In this document: piece by piece, positions 54,266-64,000 of the stretch
How the letters are laid out: each line of letters starts with the position of its first letter
Position numbering within the stretch: the first letter of the stretch is position 1
Assembly (NCBI GenBank): GCA_047495785.1
Contig: JBLDXI010000055.1
Coordinates: 124,001-188,000 of the forward strand
DNA length: 64,000 nt
From: Lepidodermella squamata
Lineage: Eukaryota > Animalia > Gastrotricha
Direction of reading: 5' to 3'
Notes under the pieces: model-generated
The model's input: the letters and a program-made list of their open reading frames with translations, nothing else
Told to the model about the DNA's origin: nothing
The model's database searches: none
Translations under genes and position numbers: made by a program

Positions 54266-55174
54266 TCATTCTGCAGTAGGACGAATGCTATGACGAAAGC
54301 GTTTAATGCAGTAAGTCAAGATCTGACGAGGAACCAGCGACATGAGCAACATTTCAAATTCGTGATAAATGCAGCCGGTACATCGCGGAAGACGACCGGG
54401 TGTCGTAATAGCCCATGAGACGTAATGGGATGGGCTCAATACGTGAAAGCGCGATTCAGCTTGATTTGAAAGTTTTGTTGCTACAAAGCACGGAATGAGA
54501 TCTTGAACATGCATATTCGTGCTTATCATTTTCGACTCCGAATTCATACTATCAGAAAACGCTGATAAAGCGTGCTTAGAAGCGGAATAAATGGATGACA
54601 TGTAAGGAGGGAGTGCGCCAGCAGCCGAAGATACATTTATCAACACTCCTTTCGATTTATCAACAAAAGACGGGAGCAGAACTCGAGTCATCATTAGAGC
54701 AGATACGAAATTGCAATTGATCGTTTTCTCAATAAAATTGGGTGAATATTCCCAGAAATACCGTGGATGATCCGCAGCCATTCCAACGTTATTTATCAAT
54801 ACTCCGACATCCAGTCCAGAGAGTTGCTCTTTGATAGAATCGTAAACGTCCACTTGAGATAAATCTGCGGTAATAGTGCGTACTTGAACGTTGAAACGTT
54901 CTTCGATTTCACTAGCAACTGATTTAAGCCGAGATTCTGTCCGGCTGACCAGAACAAGATCAACACCTCTAGAAGCAAGCTCAAAAGCGTAAGCTTTTCC
55001 AATCCCGTCAGTGCTTCCAGTAATGCAAGCGTATTTCCCGAAGCTCTTGAAATCCAAGCAAGGTCCCAGAAAATAGCCATAGACAAAGCGGAATATCAGA
55101 AATAGGAATTGAAGAGCGTAATGAAACATGACTGCTATACCAAGCCACCAAATCATTTCATCGATCATTTTCAA
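54266..55174 (-). CDS. HSD17B12/KAR-like SDR; intronless
   Basis: Single ORF containing ITGSTDGIGKAYAFELA, LINNVG and YSASK. Confidence 0.85.
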   Translation of the reverse strand: MKMIDEMIWWLGIAVMFHYALQFLFLIFRFVYGYFLGPCLDFKSFGKYACITGSTDGIGKAYAFELASRGVDLVLVSRTESRLKSVASEIEERFNVQVRTITADLSQVDVYDSIKEQLSGLDVGVLINNVGMAADHPRYFWEYSPNFIEKTINCNFVSALMMTRVLLPSFVDKSKGVLINVSSAAGALPPYMSSIYSASKHALSAFSDSMNSESKMISTNMHVQDLIPCFVATKLSNQAESRFHVLSPSHYVSWAITTPGRLPRCTGCIYHEFEMLLMSLVPRQILTYCIKRFRHSIRPTAE

Positions 55175-55483
55175 AATCTTCTAAAAAATAAATCATCAAA
55201 TTTTAGATCGAAGAGTGTGCTATTTATCTACGGAATTCGTCACAAATTTTGCGTTGTTGTAGGATATATCATAACATCAGATCGAAAGCAAGCAATAACA
55301 GCGAAAAGCAGTAGCTACAATATTGCGCAATTTTTGCGCATTGGGGATAAAGCTAATAACATATTACGTATATATGTCCCATTCACCGCGAACTCATCAT
55401 CAATAAATTGAATCAAGGCATAAATGCCACTCATCTGAGCCGATCCATCCTCCTTAATCACATATTGTATTTGGCATTGTGTG

Positions 55484-56531
55484 TTAATCACTCTTTGAGG
55501 AAGTGGCCTTCTTTTTGAGAGCACGAGCCCGGGTGCTGATCAGCTGGGACATCACAAGATGGCGCAGAATAACTTCAGGTAAAAGGGAGATGAAAAACCC
55601 TTGCAGCTCGTGCATAATGGCACCATGAGTCGAAGAGAGGTGGCCAACAGTCTTCAGACTCTCCTTCACGTAAGATGTCGGCGAAGGAATAAATAACGAG
55701 GCCGAGCGAATTTTCGAAAGCTTGGTGGCAACGAAAAACGGAGCCACATTTTGCACAATAATGCCTTTCCCGCTACACTCAATAGACAACGCCTCGGATA
55801 AAGTATTGACGAAGGCCTTGCTGGCGGCGTAAACGCTGAGAAGTGGCGGGGGTAGCATGCTTGAAACCGAGGACACGTTGATAATCAGTCCCTTCTTTTT
55901 CTCGATCATAGATGGCAGAACAATGCCTGGAGAGAAAAATGACAATTTTCGACAAAAGGACTCGAGATTTAATCTTACGGCTCATCATTGAGACCGACAG
56001 CATATTGACATTGATAAGTTTTTGAATTAATTCAGCGGGGACGTTCTGGAAAAACTCTGGATGCTCAAAGCCCATCCCAACATTATTGACCAGTACTCCA
56101 ATGTCCAAACCGTTCAATTCTTGACCGATTTTATCGTAAATATCGGGTGAACTGAAGTCAGCGGCATGCCATTTAACCTGAACCTTGGAAGCTGACTGAA
56201 TCTCTGCGGCGGTTTCTTTAAGCTTTTCGGCCGAACGGCTAATCAGAAAAATATTCAGCCCACGCTTTCCAAGTTCTTCGGCATAAGCCTTGAAAGGTTT
56301 ATTAATAAGGATTATGAAAGGGAAGTAACGAATAATTTAACGATGACAAACCTTTCCGATACCATCTGTTGATCCAGTAACAACTGCCCATGATCCAAGA
56401 TCAGCGAAGTTTACACCAGGACCAGCGAAATGACCCTTCAGGCCGCGGAGAAGTCGCACCAACAACTTCAGAGAAATAATTACCAAGAAAGCCAAGCCCA
56501 CGTAGTAAGGTAATTGTGCCTTCATATCCAT
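55484..56531 (-). CDS. HSD17B12: HSD17B12/KAR-like SDR; 3 exons
   Basis: WAVVTGSTDGIGK|AYAEELG, LVNNVG, YAASK, PFFVATKLSKIR; closest paralog of the gene at 18667. Confidence 0.87.
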
Positions 56532-57159
56532 TTTAGCCTGTTATATTACACTTTACGCTCAGACAATAACAAAGAACACTAAGTTAAGAAACATTTGAAA
56601 TAAATGTTAAATGAGCTGTAGTTTTCAAGGGTTTGCGGTTAACGCTGGTCAGCTTAAGGAATTTGACCCTAGCGTTCAAAAATCATCATAGGTTACGGCA
56701 TCATCTCTGATCTCGGATAGCATGAGCTCATTAAAGGTCACAGACGGAGGTTTAATAAACAACAATCACAAAAGCCCAGCCGCAATCGAACGCTACTCGG
56801 TAGACGCCGTCGGCTGCCTCACGGGAGGCATGATGCATCATCACCGTCGCAGCGTGTGACGCGTCGATGAGGATCAATGTTGAAAAAGCCTTGCGCGCTC
56901 TTTTTAATGTCAAGGTTGAAAAAAGTAATGTTCCTAACGATTTTTCCTAAATTATATATCAGTTTAAATGCCCTTACTGGGCTTGTCGAAAATATAATTA
57001 TTCACAATTATTTTTCCTGACGACCTTGAATGCGCTTCCTTCGAAACGTTCATTCATCACAAATGTACATATGCGATGTGCGATCGACTGCGCCCAAGGT
57101 TTTTGTTTGATGTGATGCGACTTACGAATAATTTGTTTCAAAGCGAGCTTTGAGGACCT

Positions 57160-57421
57160 GAAGGGCATGCTATTTACTCTAGCCCTAGGTCTTATCGTAA
57201 GTGAGTGAGATTTCCGTATGACGGGATTCGACTGGTGCAGTCTTGCTGACACTCCCAGCCTCCCAATTTTCTATTTTGTAACGCGATGGATTGGTAAAAC
57301 CACCGCTGGGCCAAGGGGAGACTCGATCCTGGTTCCGTCACTAGGACTTGAACCCAGTCCCGAGCGATATCCCCTCTGATACACAGTAGCTCAATGACCC
57401 AACTGAGCCACCCTGCCTCCC
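57160..57421 (-). mobile_element. tRNA-related Pol III element, most likely a SINE (vault-RNA-like alternative in findings); 3' boundary approximate
   Basis: Minus strand has A box TGGCTCAGTTGG and B box GGTTCAAGTCC, but no tRNA cloverleaf spacing. Confidence 0.55.
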
Positions 57422-57600
57422 TAACTGATAAGTTTACTTAGTCGATAGGTCCCACGCTGTTATATTAACCCCAAAAATGAATAAAAGACCTGTACACTGA
57501 CGATTTTTTATTTAATCCAAGCTCGGACAGAGGTTTAGTTGGATGAAATTCGAGATGCAAAATATGTAAAGTAACATACTCCCGATGTAGAAGACCTTTA

Positions 57601-57912
57601 CTACTATAGTAGATACCTGTTTACGTTTGTTATATTCTGAGAGTTGTTACTTACAGAGCAGTTGCTCTCAGAGTAGGTGCTTTCTAAATAGTTACTCCTA
57701 GAGTCATTGGTAGCCCCTGTAACAGTGATTCCTCTACGAGTAGCTTCCCAGTTAAAACTACCTAAAGTAGTAGTAACTACTCCGAGAGTAAATACCTCTG
57801 AGAGTAGATCCTTTATTACTGTATTACTCTGAGTGCAGTAGCTATAATTAATAACTACTCCGAGAGAAGCTAGAAGCTACTCGCGGAGTAGGCTACTCTT
57901 AGAGTAGCTCTC
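57601..57912. repeat. Degenerate minisatellite of a quasi-palindromic TACTC-NN-AGAGTA unit
   Basis: About 10 variants, e.g. tgctctcagagtag, tactcctagagtca, tactccgagagtaa, tactcgcggagtag, tactcttagagtag. Confidence 0.7.
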
Positions 57913-58195
57913 GGATCACGAAATACAAGGCGGCTTTGCATGCCTATCGCAATATTTTTTAATATTCCAAGCGGAACGCAACACCAGCTGTTCGAATAAT
58001 ATTCCTAACAACCCGACGTTCGAACGGCACCCTTCTACTGCTCATCTTCCTTTTCATAATTTAAGCCATTGAACATCAACTTGAACATTTTCTTACTTTG
58101 CTATGTGAAGTTTTGGAGAGATGTAATCCATAAATAATAACTGTGTCATACATATATTGGGCGTCTTTTGACTAGGTACCGGTGCTAAATTTATC

Positions 58196-60170
58196 ATGAT
58201 CAAGGCGAAAAAGCGACCGCTGGTTATCGCGATCGCTAGCTTTGCCGCCTTGGTCGTTATTTACGCCATATTCAATTTTCGATTGCCATCCGTTGCTTTG
58301 GACGCCGGAATTCGCTTTGAAAGAAAATCGAATGGTGTGTTTGTCATTTTTATCTGATTATTTCATATTTAATCAATTACGGTAAATTTAGGAACTTGCG
58401 CACTTCCAGTTTTTGCAATTGATTCTCTAACTTTCAATCACGGGCCGCCAATGTGCGCTTCTCATCAGGCTTATGATTGCGCTGTAATCACTTCACAGTC
58501 AGTTACGTTTAAGCAACCTGACTGTGCCTTTCGAAAAATTGGACGTAAAGGGGATTTCGATTTAACGTATTCTGAGTGGAACGACGCTAAATCACCGCTA
58601 AATTGGAATGATAAGGAAGTGTTGGAAGTGAAATGTCCCAATGGTGCCCTACATGATCAATATTGCTCTTATCGTAAGATGGATTCTATCGCTGAGCTCC
58701 GCGAACAATTGAAGAAAAGCAACAAAAAACCCAAACACCCTTATAACATTGTCGCCGTCGGACTTGACAGCATGTCTCGGCTCAACTATGGGCAGCAGCT
58801 TTCAAAAAGCTTGAACTTTTTTATGAATGATCTGGGTGGCATTCGTTTTGAGGGTCACACTATAGTCGGAGACGGAACTACTGCCGCATTTCTCGGACTG
58901 CTAACTGGAGTATTCGAAGAAGATATTCATGAAACCAGGCGAGGGTTTAAAGGTGCTTCATCTTTAGATGACATAAACTTTATCTGGAAAGATCTTCGCG
59001 AACATGGCTACGTTACACTTCATGATGAAACGGATCCTATTTATGGCACTTTCAACTTGCGGCTGCTTGGATTTAACAACACCCCCGTGGATTATTACGG
59101 GCGACCGTTTCAATTAGCTACAACCGCCGGTAAAACGGGACATCGGTATCACAGTCTGTGTTTTGGCAAGAAGTCCCGATTTGTCGAAGGCGTCGAAAAT
59201 GTCTACAATCTTTTCCAAAAATACCCGGATAATCGTAAATTCGCCATATTTTTCGACGGATTATTGACTCATTCTGAAAAACCCAGAGGCGAACTCATGG
59301 ACGATGATCTTCTTGCATTCCTGAAAAAAATGTCCTCTTCGGGATACTTGGATTCTACAATCCTTATAATATTCAGCGATCATGGTCCTCGTTACGGCAA
59401 TCTTCGTCAAACAATTTACGGGAAATACATCGAAAGAACTCCGTTATGGGCAATGTCGTTCCCGAAAAAGTTTCAAGCAGATCATCCTGAAATTATGGCC
59501 AATATGCGATGGAATGCTGATTTTATTCTCACGACACCCTTCGATGTTCATGCCACGTTCATTGATATTCTCGGCACGAAAAACCCTGCAAAACCGTTGC
59601 GCGGCAGAAGTTTATTTTCGAGACTACCGGCTAATAGATCATGCTCAGATGCGAGCGTTGCAGCTCATTGGTGTCCATGCGCGAATGGAGAGCCACTCGC
59701 GGTAGATTCTGCATTGGTTGAAAATGCGATGAAGGTCTTTCTGTCAACAGTTAATAACGCATGGCTGTCCCCAACTGCTGGCAAATGTTTTCAATTAGAA
59801 CACGCTATGTAAGCTCATTTTTAGTTACATCTGAGTTCATGCCTCATCGTTATATTTTAGCCCGATTTCAGCAAATATTATGAGGCCTAGTGGTGCGATG
59901 GCTTCATTCCAAAATACCGTCGACGGCCACGGAAGGGTTCCAGCCTTCAAGCAAGACGACGCCGCTGGAAGCTATTTTCTAATCGCTTCATTCAAAACAA
60001 CACCGGGCGATGGCACGTGGGAGGCCACGTTCGACATCAATGCTCAAGGCGAAATATCTATACGGAGGTCACAAGTATCTCGAACGAACGCTTACGGCGA
60101 AGTTTCTAGTTGTATCTCTTCTGTGTTTCCTCACTTAAGACCTTACTGTGTTTGCAAAACTGTTCACTAG
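58196..60170 (+). CDS. DUF229 family protein (alkaline phosphatase/sulfatase-like fold), type II membrane; 3 exons
   Basis: N-terminal signal anchor; GLDSMSRLN, GHTIVGDGT, FIWKD, IIFSDHGPRYG, TTPFDVHAT, HWCPC, LRPYCVC. Confidence 0.88.
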
Positions 60171-60482
60171 TTTGCTCAACGAATAGCCTAATTTTAAAGT
60201 ATTTTGCCTGGTTCTTTTACAGTATTTATGCCTTGAATATTCGTCCCGCTAGTCATGGTGCCCGTCTATTCAGTCAACGCCCTACGTCTTCTCACTTGGA
60301 AATGCGCGAATGAATTTATACAGTTGTTAAACTTTTGATAATAAATTTTTTTCCGATCAACAAGTTTTTAATGATTGCGAGGAAGCGCGTGATCAAATTG
60401 TGCTGCTTTTATGAAATTAAATTAAGAGCAAAATCGATGTACCAATCAATTTTCATCAGCCAATGTGTCAATCAAGTTTGGA

Positions 60483-62122
60483 CTATTGAGGCGATATTTT
60501 ATCAGCCAGTTCTCGAATTGTGTTCCAGGCAAAATCAAGATCAGCTTCGTTCGTGATCGAGGCACAAATGGCCAGGCGTAGCATAAATTTGCCCCTGGCA
60601 GAATTAAAAATCGAACATTAATAAGAGAAAAGGCCGAGACAAAAGAATAAATGAAAACATACTTGACATTGGTGGGTACTAAGTGAATGCGGTTGTCCGC
60701 TCTAATGGCTTTGTACAAGTTTTCGTTGTCTTCATTGCTCGACTTCAAACGGAAGCAAACAAGGCCCAGGGTCACTTTCTCAGTAATTTCGAATCGTTTA
60801 TCCGCTAGCACCAATTTCTCGAAATAATGGGCCTTGGCAACTTGCGCACGCAGATGCTCCAAAACTTTCTGAACGCCATAGGTTCGAAGAACGAAGAACA
60901 ATTTGAGTGATCTGAACCGGCGGCCAAGTGGAATTTGCCAGTGGCGATAATCTGGCTGCGACCCTTCCTGATGGTCGTGTTTAAGGTAGACCGGATCAAC
61001 GTTGAAAGCATCGACGACAACAGTTGAATCCTTAAACCACATTGCTGAGCAGTCAAAATTTATTAGCAGAGTTTTATGTGGGTTGAAATTGAAGGAATCT
61101 GCGTATTCAACACCGTTGAGGATCGGCCGGAATTCGGGTAGCATAAAGAAGCTGCCAGCGTACGCAGAATCAATATGTAGCCATATCGGAGTTGCCTTTT
61201 TACCATTTTCATTAAAATCTTGAACAACCTGGGAACGATTTTTACATGAGCTCTGAACAAAAATGACAATGTATTATTACTTATTACCTTTCCAACTTCA
61301 ACCAAATTATCATAGGCGCAGGTGCTTGTTGAGCCCAAGGTTGCAACAACGAAAAATGGTATCAGCCCCTTCTCAACTGCCTCATCGATAGCCTTTCGCA
61401 ATGCATCACCACGCATGGCGTTATTTTCGTCAGTTGGGACCTTTACGAAATGGGGTATGGCACCTAGAAGCCCAGCACGTTCTACGCTCGAGTGGGCCTG
61501 GTCGGAACAGAAGGCAACCAAACGGTCGAGAACAGCACCTGTACTTAAATTCTGCGCCTTCGTTATTTGGTTGATTGCGCGGCTACGAGCGGATAAAAGA
61601 GCGGTGAGGGTTGCCTCGGAAGCTGTGCCATGGATAACACCGCCACCTTTTCCCTTGGATTCAAACAAAAAGTGAGAGGGAAGTTGGAGTAATTTTCCCA
61701 ACCAGTCCATCATAACTGTTTCCAGTTCCGTACAACTCGGAGAGGATGCCCAAGTAAAACCGATAGATCCGATTCCACCCCTATATACTTACGATGAAAT
61801 CGAATGTAGAAATGCTTATGACAACTTACGATAAAATGTCGGCAATCAGTGCGGGGTAAGAGGTAGCTGTTGGGAAATAGGCAAAGAATTTCGGCGAATG
61901 CCAATGAGTAACTCCTGGCATGACGACTCGATCGATATCCTTAATAATTTCTTCGTACGGTTCAGGGTTCTGCGGAGCTTCCTTAGCTAACATGGGAGCC
62001 AGATAGCCGGGCTGAATAACAGCGGGCGATGGAAAAGCGTCGCGGTCCCGAATGTTTTCCAGGTAATCAGCGACGTAGTCGATCATCTCTTTACCTCGTC
62101 GGCGAAACTCTTCCGCATCCAT
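60483..62122 (-). CDS. DDC: Aromatic L-amino acid (DOPA) decarboxylase, paralog 1; 4 exons
   Basis: [42 protein letters not shown] lysine in NPHKTLL, and [17 protein letters not shown]. Confidence 0.92.
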
Positions 62123-62509
62123 GATTTTGCTGATTGTTATCGGGCTCGTGACTTGAAAAACGGCTTCTTTGGTGACACTGAGCCTGTACTGCCATTTTTC
62201 ACTTATATTCAGTACTCAGAGATAAGCGAATTGAGCCGGTTTCTTTTGTTGATAAGAAGGGCGATAATATAGTAGATCAAACTCTCGTATACACATGACA
62301 CGAAGGCTTTATTAGATTTCAAAAACTCAAGCAAATACTTTTACAAACAGAGGCTTGAAATGAAATTGTCCAAACAACAGAAAAAGATAGAAAAGCACAT
62401 TTTAACATATTACCTTCATTCAAAAGATTAGCCGTGTGCTAAGGAAGTCAATAATACAAAACGCCATTGAAAGCTAACCGTAGTGAAACCAGATCGCGAT
62501 CGTCTTTGG

Positions 62510-64000
62510 CTACTTGTTTCGATCCTCCAGGAGTTTCGTCGCTAATTCTTTGATGACATTCCAGCCATAATCAACGTCTTCATCAGTTGTTCGGGTGGCA
62601 CAAATTGCGAACCGAAGCATATAGACACCCCTGGCAAAAGAGAATGTGTCGACACAAATATTTCAAGGAGAAAAATTGGTCACTTACTTCACTTTCGTCG
62701 GCACCAGGTGAATTCTGTTGTCCGCACAAATCGCGTTGTAAAGAGTTTCATTGACAGAGTTGCATTCGTCGATATTTTCGGAAACTTTCGCGCGGAAACA
62801 CACCAGCCCCAAACGAACATCCTGGGTGACAACAAAGCGATCGTCTGAGCGCACCTTTTCTTCGAATAAGTGCGCCTGAGTCACTTGCTTTCGAATGTGC
62901 TCCTGCAATTGAGAAGATATAAAATAGAATCCATTGTGACCTTGAATAATTTAACAAGAGCCAATAGATTCGATACTCTTATAAAATTCAAGATGAGATT
63001 TAAACTGGTTCTAAAATTTATATAGCCAGGTATGAATCATTATGAATAAATTATTTCATTTTGATATATAAAATAAGTGTGTACTGCTTGCACAGCTGCT
63101 GCTAAATACATAGTCAAATATAAAATGAAGTTGGCGCATATGGTTAATGGCTGGAAGCAGTGGCGTGCTTCTGTAACTCAGCGACTTGAGAGCCGGGCTT
63201 GCCGGATGGCTGGCCGGTGGGAGTCCTGTCTCTGGATGTCACATGTCGATCGAGCGCCCCGTGTAAGTACGCCATCAACATGGTCGGTGCGGCGGAGGCC
63301 GTACTGCCCAGGTTGCGTAATGACACGTCAAAGGTCAGGTCCTAACGGAAGCAGCCTAACGATGTGCGTGGTGAGCGGTACCGGGACAGTGCTTGTGAAT
63401 GTGCGCCTTAGCCAGCCCATCGGTTCAGATGGACGCAAATCTTTTTTGTTTTTTTAATTTTTTTTTGTTTTTTTTTTGAATTCCTAATTCCTAAACATGG
63501 GTATCTAATTGAAGACAATGACTCAGCTGACCTGAATTTGTTTTACTCCATACAATCGCAACACGAAGAAGAGTTTCAGTGATCGGAAACGCCTTCCAAG
63601 AGGTATCTGCCTAAAATAAGAAACATTAGTTGGCATCCTGAAACTTTTTGCGACTTCTTCTCACCAGTGACGATAGTCTGGAACTCCATGGCCTTCAGCT
63701 TGGTGCTTCAAGTAGACAGGATTTACGTTGAATGCGTCAACCTAGGGATTGTGTAAAGAATTAAACTGATTTCCCCAAGCAGAGTTTCGCGCACTTACCA
63801 CATCACTTGCATCTTTGAACCACATGGCTGAACAATCAAAGTTGACCAACATCCATTTATGAGGGTTAAAGTTGAATGAATCGGCGAATTCAACACCATT
63901 TAGTAAAGGTCGAAACTCCGGGCAAATAAATGAACTGCCGGCATAGGCTGCATCGACGTGCAACCATATCGGCGTTGCATAATCGGTGCTTTTATTGTAA
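62510..64000 (-). CDS. DDC: Aromatic L-amino acid decarboxylase, paralog 2; 3' part only, 5' end outside the window
   Basis: [29 protein letters not shown]|[12 protein letters not shown]; ends [11 protein letters not shown]; one ~625-nt intron (about 62906-63530). Confidence 0.9.
63150..63447 (+). ncRNA. 7SL: Signal recognition particle RNA (7SL), nested antisense in a DDC intron
   Basis: About 292 nt, colinear with metazoan 7SL: Alu 5' GCTGGAAGCAGTGGCGTGCTTCTGTAA; ATGTCGATCG..TAAGTACGCCATCAACATGGT; helix-6 GGAG loop; CCAGGTTGC; helix 8 GGTCAGGTCC-TAAC-GGAAGCAGCC; TGTGAAT. TATAAA at about -30. Confidence 0.92.
63442..63478 (+). terminator. Pol III oligo(T) terminator of the SRP RNA
   Basis: Several T runs of 6 or more immediately follow the 7SL 3' end. 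Confidence 0.8.

Noticed and set aside
57316-57421. Functional tRNA gene
   Set aside because: A and B boxes are present, but stem and box spacing do not fit a cloverleaf and no clean anticodon arm is visible.
57601-57912. Palindromic repeats with spacers as a CRISPR array
   Set aside because: Units are short, degenerate and irregularly spaced; there are no cas genes; the context is an intron-rich animal genome.
63077-63457. 126-aa plus-strand ORF, or a retroposon with a poly(T) tail
   Set aside because: Fully explained by the 7SL RNA and its Pol III terminator.
1-64000. Apparent frameshifts or pseudogenes implied by the fragmented ORF track
   Set aside because: The breaks I checked coincide with short GT-AG introns that restore the reading frame.

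Overview
This is eukaryotic DNA from a gene-dense invertebrate animal genome with mostly 45-65 nt GT-AG introns. The ORF track therefore breaks most genes into pieces, and the gene models below were spliced by eye. Left half, in order: four tandem RNF217-like RBR E3 ligases; a tightly packed minus-strand run (Piwi > POLR1D-isoform-2-like > CIAO1 > ER-type JmjC); a MITE; an HSD17B12/KAR-like SDR; SOD1; a secreted protein with 4 Sushi domains and 6 copies of an unrecognised domain; a divergent VPS4-like AAA ATPase. Right half: AGPAT3/4; ECT2L head-to-head with CDK5RAP1 > COX7C; two tetraspanins; vault PARP4; three more KAR-like SDRs; a tRNA-related Pol III element; a palindromic minisatellite; DUF229; two DOPA-decarboxylase paralogs. 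Main highlights: (1) PARP4 carries a complete internal ubiquitin (K48R/K63D, ending LRLRGG), and a 49-nt intron decides whether Pro or Arg follows GG. (2) A 7SL/SRP RNA with a non-GNRA UAAC helix-8 loop lies antisense in a DDC intron. (3) Operon-like gene packing with splice acceptors that lack donors, including a 2-nt stop-to-start gap. (4) A PIWI protein with a DEDD rather than DEDH catalytic tetrad.
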